A stretch of DNA of 63,890 nt, the filler included, from Choristocarpus tenellus KU-1152 (lineage: Eukaryota; Protista; Phaeophyceae): assembly GCA_964200185.2 (NCBI GenBank). It is 13 parts of 13 records of this genome, joined end to end, with 100 filler letters (N's around TTAATTAATTAA, not from the genome) between each part and the next. Parts side by side here need not be neighbours in the genome. Positions count along the whole stretch, not along the records: positions 21,522 to 31,994 come from CAXNAD020002907.1; positions 32,095 to 35,259 come from CAXNAD020021831.1; positions 35,360 to 39,140 come from CAXNAD020017960.1; 10 more parts are not named here. One strand, written 5' to 3'. Each line of letters opens with the position of its first letter. Position 1 is the first letter of the stretch. Of the stretch, positions 24,901 to 35,823 are shown piece after piece. Both the position numbers and the translations under genes were made by a program. The notes beneath the pieces are model-generated. The model did not search any database. It was not told where the DNA came from and saw nothing but the letters and a program-made list of their open reading frames with translations.

Positions 24901-27708
24901 CTAGAAGTAGAGAAGAGGATTTGAATCATTTTTCAGGATAAACATGTCATGGCTTCCCTGTTAGGTCATTGGCATTTTCCCTTACCGTGTGCCTGCATAT
25001 TTTGTAACCACAATCAAATGGATTCAAATGGATATTTTGATGGGTTCATACACATTTATGGGGTGGTCAGGGCTTTATCCCTTTTTGTTGAATTTCGAAT
25101 GAAAGATCCACATGCACCTCTTTTTTCATCTTCAAGGTTGCTTTCACCATACCCTCAAAGAAAATAATTGATGAAACAACCCGGGAGTGTCATTTATCGT
25201 TTGAATCCTTTAGTCTTCAGCAGGAAATTGTTGGGATCCCTCGGCCCTCTCAATGGTTTGCCCCCTTCAAGTAAATAAGATTTTTTTTTGAGCTCACCCG
25301 GTGGGAGGTGATTCTGTTCGTCGTAGGCAGGCACATGCTTCTGCTCCACTTAGTCCAAAAGATTGGAACTGGAAGAAAACTGGACCTCATCACTCCAGAA
25401 CTCCGAATATTAGGGTTACTAACAACAATGCCCGAAGGTGAGAATATACGTTTTTCACTTTCAAACCAAAGGATTAGACAGTATGCAAATTCCTCAGAGT
25501 GGAAGTGGACAACCCTTTCCTGACAAGGCGGGATGTATGGCCTTTTGGTTTCAGGGAAACAAGGTAATAATTCAAGGAAATGATCTGTCCATGAAAAGGT
25601 AATTACTGATCCAATTCCTTCAAATTCTCTGCCTTAATGCAGTCCCTTTTGAGAGATCTGTTGTGGCTTAGCGCAACCAACAACCAAGAATAGGGGACAA
25701 TAATTACCCACTCACAAATACACTATCTGAGGCATTGTAGCTTGATCACCACAGCGTCCCACACACCCTTTTTTGGTACCAAAATTTTTGGGATGTTACC
25801 TCCATAACCCCTGGGTATTAAAAATACAACAATATGTTTTACACCATGAACAACTTGGGGTTCCAGCCCTCTTGAGGACAACCTGTCAAGGAACTCGTCC
25901 AAATTGGTTACAAGAAGATTCTTGAGATGCCCAGATGGTTCATTAGTTAGACCGCTTGCCGTTGATGGTCACAGGGATGTGATGTCACCTGTCAGATCCA
26001 AGATTTCATTCAAACTTCTCCTACGGTATGATGACTGAAAGAGCTTTGGGTTTGCTGAAAGCATCCCACCGTGACACAACTGGTGGTTCTGAACACCCCC
26101 CATGATTGATTGGACCCTGCCTCACGACATTGAATCAAATTCTGAATAAACTCGTTTAGCGGATATTAGAGTTGTATTATGAGAAATGTCGACTGTTTTG
26201 GTCTCACTATGAACCATGCAAATTGCAACAGTTATTCATTATAATGTAATACAGTGTCAATGATCCAAGAGATGAGTATCGACCAGTACTGATGTGGAAT
26301 CAAGATCCAGTATCAATGACAAAGAAGAAAAGTAGGCTATGTTCTTTCACATCCTGACACTATTTGCTGTATTCTATTTGCCACACAGCACAACAACTAA
26401 CTATATGGCCATCGTTGTACCACACTTAGAAGTGAAGTGTATTTATGTACTGAAGATAATATTCATTTGTACCCCCTACTATATAATTTATCTTTCCGAA
26501 AAATCCACGGCTCTACACAAGCTTGTTTCGGTTGCACTCAACATCACACCTGCTTTTGAGCACACATCGAGTCAACTGACCTAACCCGTCGTTCAATTAT
26601 ACCAACTAACAAACTGAGAAAAACGCGTAAGCCTACTTCTTGCTGTTCTGTTGGACAGACTGGCTCAAGTCACATACATGTCACTGGTCTGCTTACTCTT
26701 GGACCCTGACAATCAAAGGTCACCATGCGAGAGGTGAAACCTTTGGACTGCAATTAAAATGATCACGGGATTGAATTGGGTGCAGTATGTAATTTGAGGA
26801 TGTAGAGGATACGAATATACACCCTTTTACAGGGTATTGTGTTGCATTGGCAGTAGGATGCTTTATACCATGACTAAGCTTTCGTAATTTAGGTGTCAAT
26901 CCCTCTCTCAGCCCTCCTTGTACACGCTCCAGATAATAGGATAGAGTCAATGAACAAAGTAACCTTTTATCTGTACAAGTGGCGATATGAGACTATTGAA
27001 ACACATGTTGCTGGAGGTAGATGCATAGTAGTAGCCTTGGGAGCACTGCTGGATGAGTTAGAACACACATTAATAGCCACATCATGTCAGCATGCGAATT
27101 TTTGCCATAGTCATCAGTGTTCATAAAAGTCTTGAATAGCAAGGTGCCGCTCATTGCATTTGTTAGGGACAGCAGTGCATCTACAGACAATGCCCTTATC
27201 CTTCTCTTCAAGCGGAGGAAGATGAATCAATTCTTTCACATCCAAATATACACAACGAGTTCTACACAGAAACACAACTCTAGGGATAAGCATGTCAACA
27301 GGTGGATCCTATTAATATACAAGTGTGAATGTTGGAAAATCAAATGTGAAACTGCAAAAAGTTGCCCCTCCCTCCCCGCAGAAGTCTAAGTATTTCTAGA
27401 CTACGCCATTAACCTACGTAATATGCACCGGCCATTCTTGGTAGTAGCGGTATCTTGACCTCTCTTGTAACACCTATTACTCGTATCATGTGCTCTAGTA
27501 CTAATAGCATCTACAGTAATTGCACACAAGTGAGATGGGTATGCCATCCAAGGGTTGCGCCAGGGAATCAGCTATTCAACCAGCGGTCTGTCCTGATTGT
27601 CACCAACATCGGAAACACAGGAAACAAAGTGTACTTGATCTCAAAGAGTGGTTTTCACCCTTGCTTATCCACGGGTCATGATGTATCACCCCTCCTCCCC
27701 ACACCCAC

Positions 27709-30700
27709 CATCTTACTCGACAGCATGAGCAGCAGCAACACAGTCCCAGCCATCTCTGCAGAGATCAAGTTGCCCCAACCAGTAGCGATGTTGACCCAGG
27801 TGTTGACCAAGGCCCTTAGTGCCGCAGTCAAAAGTTTCACAGATTTTTCCTTGCCTATGGAGAAGGCGAAAGAGGGGCCTTGGTGCTAATTTCGTGTGCA
27901 ATGAACCGCTTAAGTCGCACTGTAAGCACCATCAATAGGAGCAGCAGCGATGCAATCACAAGAATCTCTGTAAAAAAAAACACCTTTGCATAATGGGGAG
28001 AGGGGGAAACTAACTTCAGACATAGAATGTCATCGTCATTACATGGGATGATGTTGCTGAGTGGTTGGGACCCTTCCAACAAACGGTGCAGAAGGTGTTT
28101 TTTTTTTTACACAAAATGGAGAACAGCGACGGACACAAGGGAAAGGTAGGCAGGGATAGTATCCTGTGGTGGTGTTCAGTATGCATGGGTTAGGTTGTAG
28201 TAGCCCATAGAATACTCTGAGCAATGTGTGCTTAAAGTGCATATTTTACTCTGGAGTGGTTGGACCTCTGCATGAAAGTCATACTACAGAGTAGTCTTAC
28301 AAATTTCGTAATCTAGTACTCACTATACTAAATATTTCAGTGTGTAGTAGCATAATATGTGATTCAGCATTTGAATGTCTGAAAACCTTCCCCTCTAGCT
28401 CTTTTACATCTTTGTTCTCTGTCACATGAAGATGTCGCCTTCTCATGGGATATCATCATAATCGGACAATCGTTTTCATGGCATCCCTGGACGAATGCCA
28501 TCTAGCATGTAATGAACAGCAGCTGCCACGTCATACAATTTACCTCAGGTTGATATATTTCGTTGCCTGCAGTGCGCAACGCCTTGTTTCGATTTGTATT
28601 GGTTGCACTATCCAGTTCGACCAATGCTCGTTCACCCTGCGCTTGACCAACACACTGAAGCCTTTCAATTGTCTCGTTGCAGATTTTGGCAGATTCGACC
28701 TTGATTGGAAGGCAGCCATGGTACCGCAACAGTGACAGTGATGCATTGATGGCCATTGCTAAGTCTGAGGAACCTACGCAAAGCTTTACCACACGACAAG
28801 TAGGACTGCCTTCTGTGACTGACCAGACCAAAGACTACCGACAAAAGAGCCAAGTCCAGTCCGTGCAGACTCAGGGACGCAGCAGGAACACCTACTTATG
28901 CCATTCGAGAGGGAAACTAATTCCATCAGTACTTATCCAAAGTGGCACTACAGACACACGAGAAAATGAGGAAAATAAAAATTAAAAGGCAGCTGTCACT
29001 TCAGTCGATTGCCTGTATACCAATTAGACAAAAGGTGAACTACAGCAATAAGTGCACTTGCAAACCGAATACTACAATTCAGAATACCTCAAACATCAGT
29101 TGTGTTTTCAGACGGTACAAAATGAGGAGATGTTCAGTTGACAAAGCTCATACGCGAATTTGTACCTGCTCGGAGGATTGCAGAAGAAATAAATCGACAA
29201 CAGATACTACATTAGCAACCCACCCCGATCTCCTTCGAGACCTGCTTCCAGTGGTCCGACTCTTCTTCGGCGATCTCTCTGGCCAGCACTGCTTGTGTAA
29301 CTCTGAGGTTCGTGAATATGGGTTGACGGCAACACGAAAGTGTAATGTCACAAACACTTAAACCTGTCAATGTTTTAAGCTCTAGTGTTATAATCTGGGC
29401 TGCAAAATGATCCCATCGTTGGATGGGGTGGGATTCAGCAAGCCTTCACAAGGAAGCAAAAGCAATAAATTCGATACATCACAGACGTGCCCACCAGGAC
29501 CTTCGCTAAGCACTACCCCCAATTTTAGCCCAATTCAACCGTAACAAGTCCATCAGAGCACAACCCACCTTATCCTCACAACATACCGTACCTCCATAAT
29601 CTCAATTGTGTCACCTGCCATTTAGCTCCCTAATCGCTGTTGCTGTAGTTGATTCCAAGGCATCCATGTCCTTAGAGCAGGCTGTCTCCAGCTTCTCCTC
29701 GTTCTCTTTGGTTTTCATGAGGGCCCATTCCAGCTTCTCGACCTTTCGAGTGAGCTCTGATAACGTCTCCTGCAATCCACGTAGACAATCCATGTACAAG
29801 AACATGGGACCCGCAACGTGATGAATGAAGAACAGCGATAATGAGAAAAACAAATGAACACCAACAAGCGGAGTAGAGAGTGCAGGTATGACATGCTGCA
29901 AGTGGTTCACAAGTCTTGTTTGGGACCTAGAATCCCCCTGCTACACACAGGCACACTGAAATTTGGAATATATAGACACAAGCGTCCCTACAATACAAAA
30001 ATATATGTCATCACAAACACAGCCGTGTTTGCATACCAGCACATACCTCAAAGCTCTCTAGCTCCTCCTGAGTCTTCCCTAGCTCCTTCTGAGTCTTCCC
30101 TAGATCCTCCCGAGTCTTCCCTAGGTGTGTTGTCAAGATCTCATTCTGATTTGGTGAGCCAAGGTAGAAGAGGTTTGGTCGACAAAGAGGTTGATCTGAC
30201 TGTTCACTACGTGGAAGAGCATCTGATCAACGAAGAAGCAGAACTGGTTTGCATGACGCAGATACTGACCTTATGTCCTAAGGCCACAATGAGGTCATCC
30301 CTCACCATCCTGTCAACAGTTACAGCCCTGGTTGCTTCCTTCGCTTGTAGGTACTGATGGCGGTACTGTTCATATATCATCTCCCTATTAGTCTCTTCAG
30401 GAACCTGATTGGGGTACATTTGGGCAGACAACGGACCTCTTCAACTGGAGAACAAATTGGAGGTGGAGATGAGAGTTCAACAACAGGGTAACAGACACGG
30501 ATGCGAGATTGCTTTTCTCATAATAAATAGCCCTGTCACTGTGGTGATATTGTGTGAGGGGTACCAACGTACTCAGGTATTGGTGAGTTCTCATGCACGC
30601 ATGTGATAAGACTACAAGGAAATATAATACATATGCCTGTAGGGTGATGTGAGAGCTAAAGTATCTTAGAGGCTAGAGCCGTGTCCATTTGGGGGTCAAA

Positions 30701-31451
30701 ATCCGATGTTGCAATTTTGATATAATTTTGACTGTTGTGTTTGTCAGGAGATGTCAATATCCTTGTTCCGGACACACGCTTTCATTACGTACACATTTTA
30801 CCTACTCCGAAATATTTCGGAGTAGGTAAAATGTCATGAAAAAAATATGGGAAGCCAAGCAACAAATGGACAAACAGGGCAAAAATCGTACCCCCTAAGA
30901 TACTTTCACTCTGAACTGTCAACACAAGGTAGTTGCCTATCTAGAAAGCAGCAAGGGTCTGAAAGGATGCACTTTCTCGTACTCACAACGAGGCAAGCAA
31001 GAGCAAGAAGACCTCAATCGGTAAAGACTTTGTGTAGGAACCCTGATAGATAGAGAGAAATCATATGAGCACTCATGTGAAGGACCACTCCCTCCAATTG
31101 TGTACATGCTGCATATATACCTGAAAGAAGGCACTAACAAGGAACTTGGAGAAAAGCTAAACAAATACTTCATTATTTTTTCACTGTAAAGCACAGGCAA
31201 TCAGGAAAAAGATGTGCAGTGCATAGCTCGTTTACTTCTGCCCTCACTTCAGTCTCCCCAAGCCACAATGTCACTGCCCGATCCTCGGGGCAGATGGGCG
31301 AATAGCAATGGCGGTCACCAAGGGCATCTAGCCCAACGAACCATGGGATCTCCTTGCCGTCCGAACAAACCAGCGTTGTTGTCATGCACAGAGAAGCAAA
31401 CGGACTTGGTGGGCTCAGTGAGCCAATTGAAGCAAACATGTCAATGAACCG
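27709..31451 (-). CDS. Uncharacterised coiled-coil protein, partial. Exons 31451-31236, 30404-30270, 30145-30047, 29769-29615, 29302-29224, 28699-28544, 27885-27709
   Basis: Seven consecutive GT-AG exons with compatible phases and no stops. The central region is heptad-rich (LGKTREDLGKTQKELGKTQEELESFEETLSELTRKVEKLEWALMKTKENEEKLE). No recognisable domain; the last listed exon has a weak acceptor. Confidence 0.75.
30653..30911. mobile_element. MITE family B, complete, inverted, intronic in the coiled-coil gene
   Basis: GAGCTAAAGTATCTTAGAGG / CTAAGATACTTTCACTC; 3-bp flank duplication TGA; perfect 42-bp central palindrome at 30793-30834. Confidence 0.9.
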
Positions 31452-31791
31452 CTGGTACAAAGAGAGAAACATGGGTGGAGGGAACAACAAGTGATTGCAG
31501 AACACAAAAATAGGTCAATTCGTTGCAGAATATTTTTGGTTCCGTAGGGGATTGAACCATTCTTGTTCAAAGGGGTCACGGTAAGGATGATCATTGTATC
31601 AACATCATGGAGGGGGAGATTTGAGCTCGAACTTGCTCTACCAATTCTCGCACACAACCTTTTGCACAGTTTACTTTCCCCATGGAGCGGGGAGATTGGG
31701 CAGTAGAAACAGTAAGAGGAATGGACACCCCGGACGAATTACATCATCTTAACAAAGATCAGGTTGGCAGAAGGGGACAAACGTTCTGAGA

Positions 31792-31969
31792 GACCCAAAG
31801 CATCTGGAGGGGGGAAGGGGTCTACACCAGGGTGTTCATTTGGACCAAAATCAGGAAAAGTGTATATACATTTTCCATCCGACATATGCAACCAAATCAC
31901 CAAAAAATAAACATGAAAAAATTGACCCTCAATGGACAGCCGCCACCCCCCCCCCACCCAGTCAGATAC
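31792..31969. mobile_element. MITE family A2, right end degraded
   Basis: GACCCAAAGCATCTGG start and A2 interior. Confidence 0.8.
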
Positions 31970-32899
31970 GCCGATCTGCATTTATCTATTTTCTNNNNNN
32001 NNNNNNNNNNNNNNNNNNNNNNNNNNNNNNNNNNNNNNTTAATTAATTAANNNNNNNNNNNNNNNNNNNNNNNNNNNNNNNNNNNNNNNNNNNNCCTGTT
32101 AACTATCAGCAAAAATAAATACAGGCACAAAATTATAATAGCACTCAATAGGGTACTGCTTAGACTGTCCCCCTTCACAGCTATAATCACAAATTATTGG
32201 ACACCAAGATGTCTCACAGTCACAAACGAAAACAAGGTCCTGCCATATAAAGGCTTGATCAACCAATAAATAAAGAACATACACACAAAGGACTCCGAAA
32301 AATAGGGAGTGTCATAGTAAGACTCTCCCCCCTCACAAATATCAACCCAAATGGATATGGATGCAAAATTATATTAGCACTGAAATAGGGTGTTGTCATA
32401 GACTCTCCCCCCTCAGAATTAAACACAAACAACTATAGGACACCCACACAAATGCCTCACAGTCGCATAGAGGTAGGGTGCTGCCATGGAAAGGCTTACA
32501 CCTTCTCTAGGAACTATAAACATACAAACAAACAAGACAAGCATCTTCCAATGTCATCAAAATAGGGAGTGTCATAGCAAGACTCTCCTGCTTCAGAACT
32601 ATCAACACAAACAAGTACAAGAAACAAGAATAATCTCTCGACAAACACAGACAAAATGTCTAGCAATAACATAAAAATCTATAAACCATAGCAAAACTTT
32701 TCAGTTCGAAAAGGCAGACATGCTATTCACCTGTAACAGTAACTGCACTTGTGGAATAATCTGAGAGGGAGTGTGTACGACATACAGGGGATGATATAAC
32801 CTCCAAAGTTTGAGGTAGTTTGACCCCTTTCTTTGATAAGTTGGCAATCTTGGCTAAACATCCTTCATCTTCAGCCCAAACAGTGGGGGTTAGACTGAC

Positions 32900-33004
32900 C
32901 GTAATATGCTGCTACTGGCGATGTATGTCTTCATCTTGTTGTAGACCTTTGCCAGTTTCGAATATGGGTTCCACAACAGCGTCAGTAAGCGTTCTTGGAA
33001 GGGC
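32900..33004 (-). CDS. Isolated candidate exon, unknown protein
   Basis: ctcccag acceptor and gtcagt donor flank a 105-nt open frame, PFQERLLTLLWNPYSKLAKVYNKMKTYIASSSIL. No partner exons established. Confidence 0.4.
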
Positions 33005-33114
33005 CTGGGAGCAAACCAGAACAGTTTATGTGCCAAGGGAAAAGTACACCTTTTCTTAATCTATGTGCAAGTGTGCTGAATTCAGGTTTCATCACTGAAA
33101 TTGAAACATGAGAT

Positions 33115-33355
33115 CACAATTTGGTCTTTGACGGTTTTTCAGTCTGACAATCATGTGTTAAGAGGGCAAGAGATTGGAACTGGTAGAACTTTGAAGTTGC
33201 TGGAATACATATATCACTTTCTTCAAACGACAATTCTTCTCTGCCCCGATCTAGCACTGCCCCAAAAGTTGACATGATGCTGTTATTCCAATGAATTTCA
33301 TCCACTCCGAAGTTGGGTATGACTACAGCTTGGACAGGCATTGATAAGTCTCCAA
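33115..33355 (-). mobile_element. Gypsy protease C-terminal fragment
   Basis: PVQAVVIPNFGVDEIHWNNSIMSTFGAVLD resembles PVEAIVIPQLGPDKILLDNRIMQAFGAILD in ORF 41029..41643. Confidence 0.65.
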
Positions 33356-33357
33356 GT

Positions 33358-33617
33358 GAGCCAAAGTATCTTAGAGGGTAGGTCCGCGTCCATTTGGGGG
33401 CCAAAATCCAAAGTTGCGATTTAGATGTAATTTTGGCTATCGTGTTTGCTAGCAAGTGTTAATATCCTTGTTCCGGACACACCTTTGCATAATGTATACA
33501 TTTTACCTACCCCAAAACATTTTGGAGTCGGAAAATGTAAAAAAAACAAAACATAGGAAGCCAAGCCCCAAATGGACAAACAGGGCAAAACTCGTACCCT
33601 CTAAGATACTTTCACTC
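33358..33617. mobile_element. MITE family B, complete, inverted
   Basis: GAGCCAAAGTATCTTAGAGGGTA / TACCCTCTAAGATACTTTCACTC; 4-bp TSD AAGT. Confidence 0.92.
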
Positions 33618-35184
33618 AAGTTAGAGTGCAAATTGAATGAAACTTGAACAAACAAGGGTCTACCACCTGTTCCCTTTAAGGATAGATCCCCTGCTGGAGT
33701 CTCCCAAATTGGTGGTGCCTTGCTGAGTGTGGGGTGTGATCAAATGTATCTAGATTATAGTACTGGAATGTCAGTAGCAGTATCAACAGTGATGTTCATA
33801 AGAGGCTCACAAAATTCATATGCCCAGAAATTCTTATACGATGAGATAAAACATGCAGCACACGAGGGGAGGTTGAGTAATGATTAATAGCTGTTGCGTG
33901 CCAACAGCATGAAAGAGTGGAACAACACATTATAGCTAGAGAAAAATCCTCAATCACATCCAAAAAGGTGATGAGGAGCAAGTTATAGAAGATGCAGTAG
34001 TTTTATGTCCTGTTCGTGGCAAGTGATGGTTTGCTAACTTTGTACCATTAGTAAGTTTTGTCCAAGGTTTACGGATTCTTCAGTATTTCCAAGCTAGACA
34101 ACATGTCCTTATAGATCATACTTGTATGATTTGTCCTTTACAACTCTGAGGAAACAGAATAAGTAAGTTATACATAAACCCTCACATTCCTTGCTATTTC
34201 CTCCTGCGGTTCAATATTATTTCTGGAAGGGTGGCACGTGCTGCGATCGCCTATAAAAGCCCACCAATCGACTAGTATCCGCGGTTACTGTGGAATACAA
34301 ACTTAAGCGAAAGGTTTAGCCCATTTTTGAACTTTGGTAACAGTAGAATAGGACAATTCTGTGCTCTAAAACTCATGGGTGTGAGTCCTTGTGAGAAAGA
34401 TGCTTCATGGTCAAGTGATCAAGCAGATAGCCCCAGGGAATACGGACGGGGTAGAGTTGGTCAACATACTCATCTCATCCACTGCTGATTTATCCTTGCA
34501 AGGGTCGCAACAGCGAGGCTGATCTCACTTTCGTACTCCCAAATTGCATAAGACATGGGCGACAACTCGGACTTGGATGGAGACGTTGTCGTAGATATCG
34601 AACCTCTTGTCCTACTTGTACTCGTCATCTTCGGCTACACTTGATGGGGGGTCTAGTACTGGCTGCGTTGAAAGTCGTCCCTCAACCTTTCCGAGGCCGC
34701 CCTTGTGTGCAACAAACCGCCTAGAGTGGATTTACCATTTGTAGGGGCTTAGAATCTGCAAGTTATGATATATTGAATAATAGTCCCTCTCGACCCACGC
34801 TTCCCTGTTGATGCTTCATTATTTCTCAAAAAAGTCTTGATGTCTTTCTGACAACAATCAACACCTTATGAGTTGGTTGCGCTTCTTTCTTGTCCGCCTT
34901 CTTGGCATCATCCTACATCTCTGGTGACCCCCTAAGACAGGTCGGCGTGAGTGTCACCGTTATGCTGCCTAGTTCTTTTTGAAAGGGGGTGATGAGAACC
35001 ATCGGAAATGAGGCTAATGGAGGAAGTCAGCGATAGAGAGGTATGCTGGGTGTGTGCCAGTGACGTATTGATCGATCTCCACAACTGTGATTGGTTAAGA
35101 GTAGTCCGAATGTTGAGGGAGTTTGTTGGTAAAATTTGGCTCTAATATAGTCGATGTTTTCGGTTCGAGGCATATATTTACCAC

Positions 35185-35259
35185 GAGTATTGTGGAAAGC
35201 ATGTTTGTCTGTTATTATACCGTTATTGCCGTATGCCATATACCGCTATACTGTGGTAC
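35185..35259. repeat. Repeat family C; inverted homologue at 44193-44265
   Basis: GAAAGCATGTTTGTCTGTTATTATACC(G/A)TTATTGC(C/T)GTATG.CATATACCG is shared; ATACC(G/A) subrepeats. The second copy abuts the Gypsy LTR. Confidence 0.65.
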
Positions 35260-35359
35260 NNNNNNNNNNNNNNNNNNNNNNNNNNNNNNNNNNNNNNNNN
35301 NNNTTAATTAATTAANNNNNNNNNNNNNNNNNNNNNNNNNNNNNNNNNNNNNNNNNNNN

Positions 35360-35436
35360 AAAATTACATCAAAATCGCAACATTGGATTTTGGCCCCCAA
35401 ATGGACGCAGCTCTACCCTCTAAGATACTATGGTTA
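35360..35436. mobile_element. MITE family B right end at contig start
   Basis: AAAATTACATCAAAATCGCAAC...CCCTCTAAGATAC. Confidence 0.8.
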
Positions 35437-35610
35437 CTGTCAGGGTCGACCTTTTGCACGAGATGTTTCTGTCAGGGTCAGCCCAGAAAAAATGTGATTT
35501 AATGGGGTTGGGCTTGGGGTCAGACCAGGTAAGATATGCTTTAATAGGGTTGGTTCAGGGCCTTCAGAAATGTGAAGGGTTTGGTCGATCTGGACAATTA
35601 CTGGTTCGGT

Positions 35611-35790
35611 GGGTCAAAGTATCTGGGGGGAGGGGGTGGTTTGTGAGGGGGCGTCCGTTTCGGTCAAACAACCCTTTTTTTGTGCTGACATTTCAAATTC
35701 GACACGTGTGACCAAATCACACAAAAAAAGTGAAAATCGAAAAAAGGGTGAAAACGGACGCTGACACCCCCCCCCCAGATACTTTGAACC
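35611..35790. mobile_element. MITE family A1, complete, opposite orientation, presumably in a dynein intron
   Basis: Reverse-complement homologue of 62-240 with the same TIR; TSD CGGT/TGGT (one CpG transition). Confidence 0.92.
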
Positions 35791-35823
35791 TGGTGCAAAG
35801 CCCTGCTAAAGCACATATTTCAC

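Noticed and set aside
32145-32625. CRISPR-like array
   Set aside because: The intervening sequences are long, unequal and homologous to each other; eukaryotic context with no cas genes.
34040-34720. Candidate first exons of a minus-strand gene
   Set aside because: All frames hit stops quickly; no consistent model.
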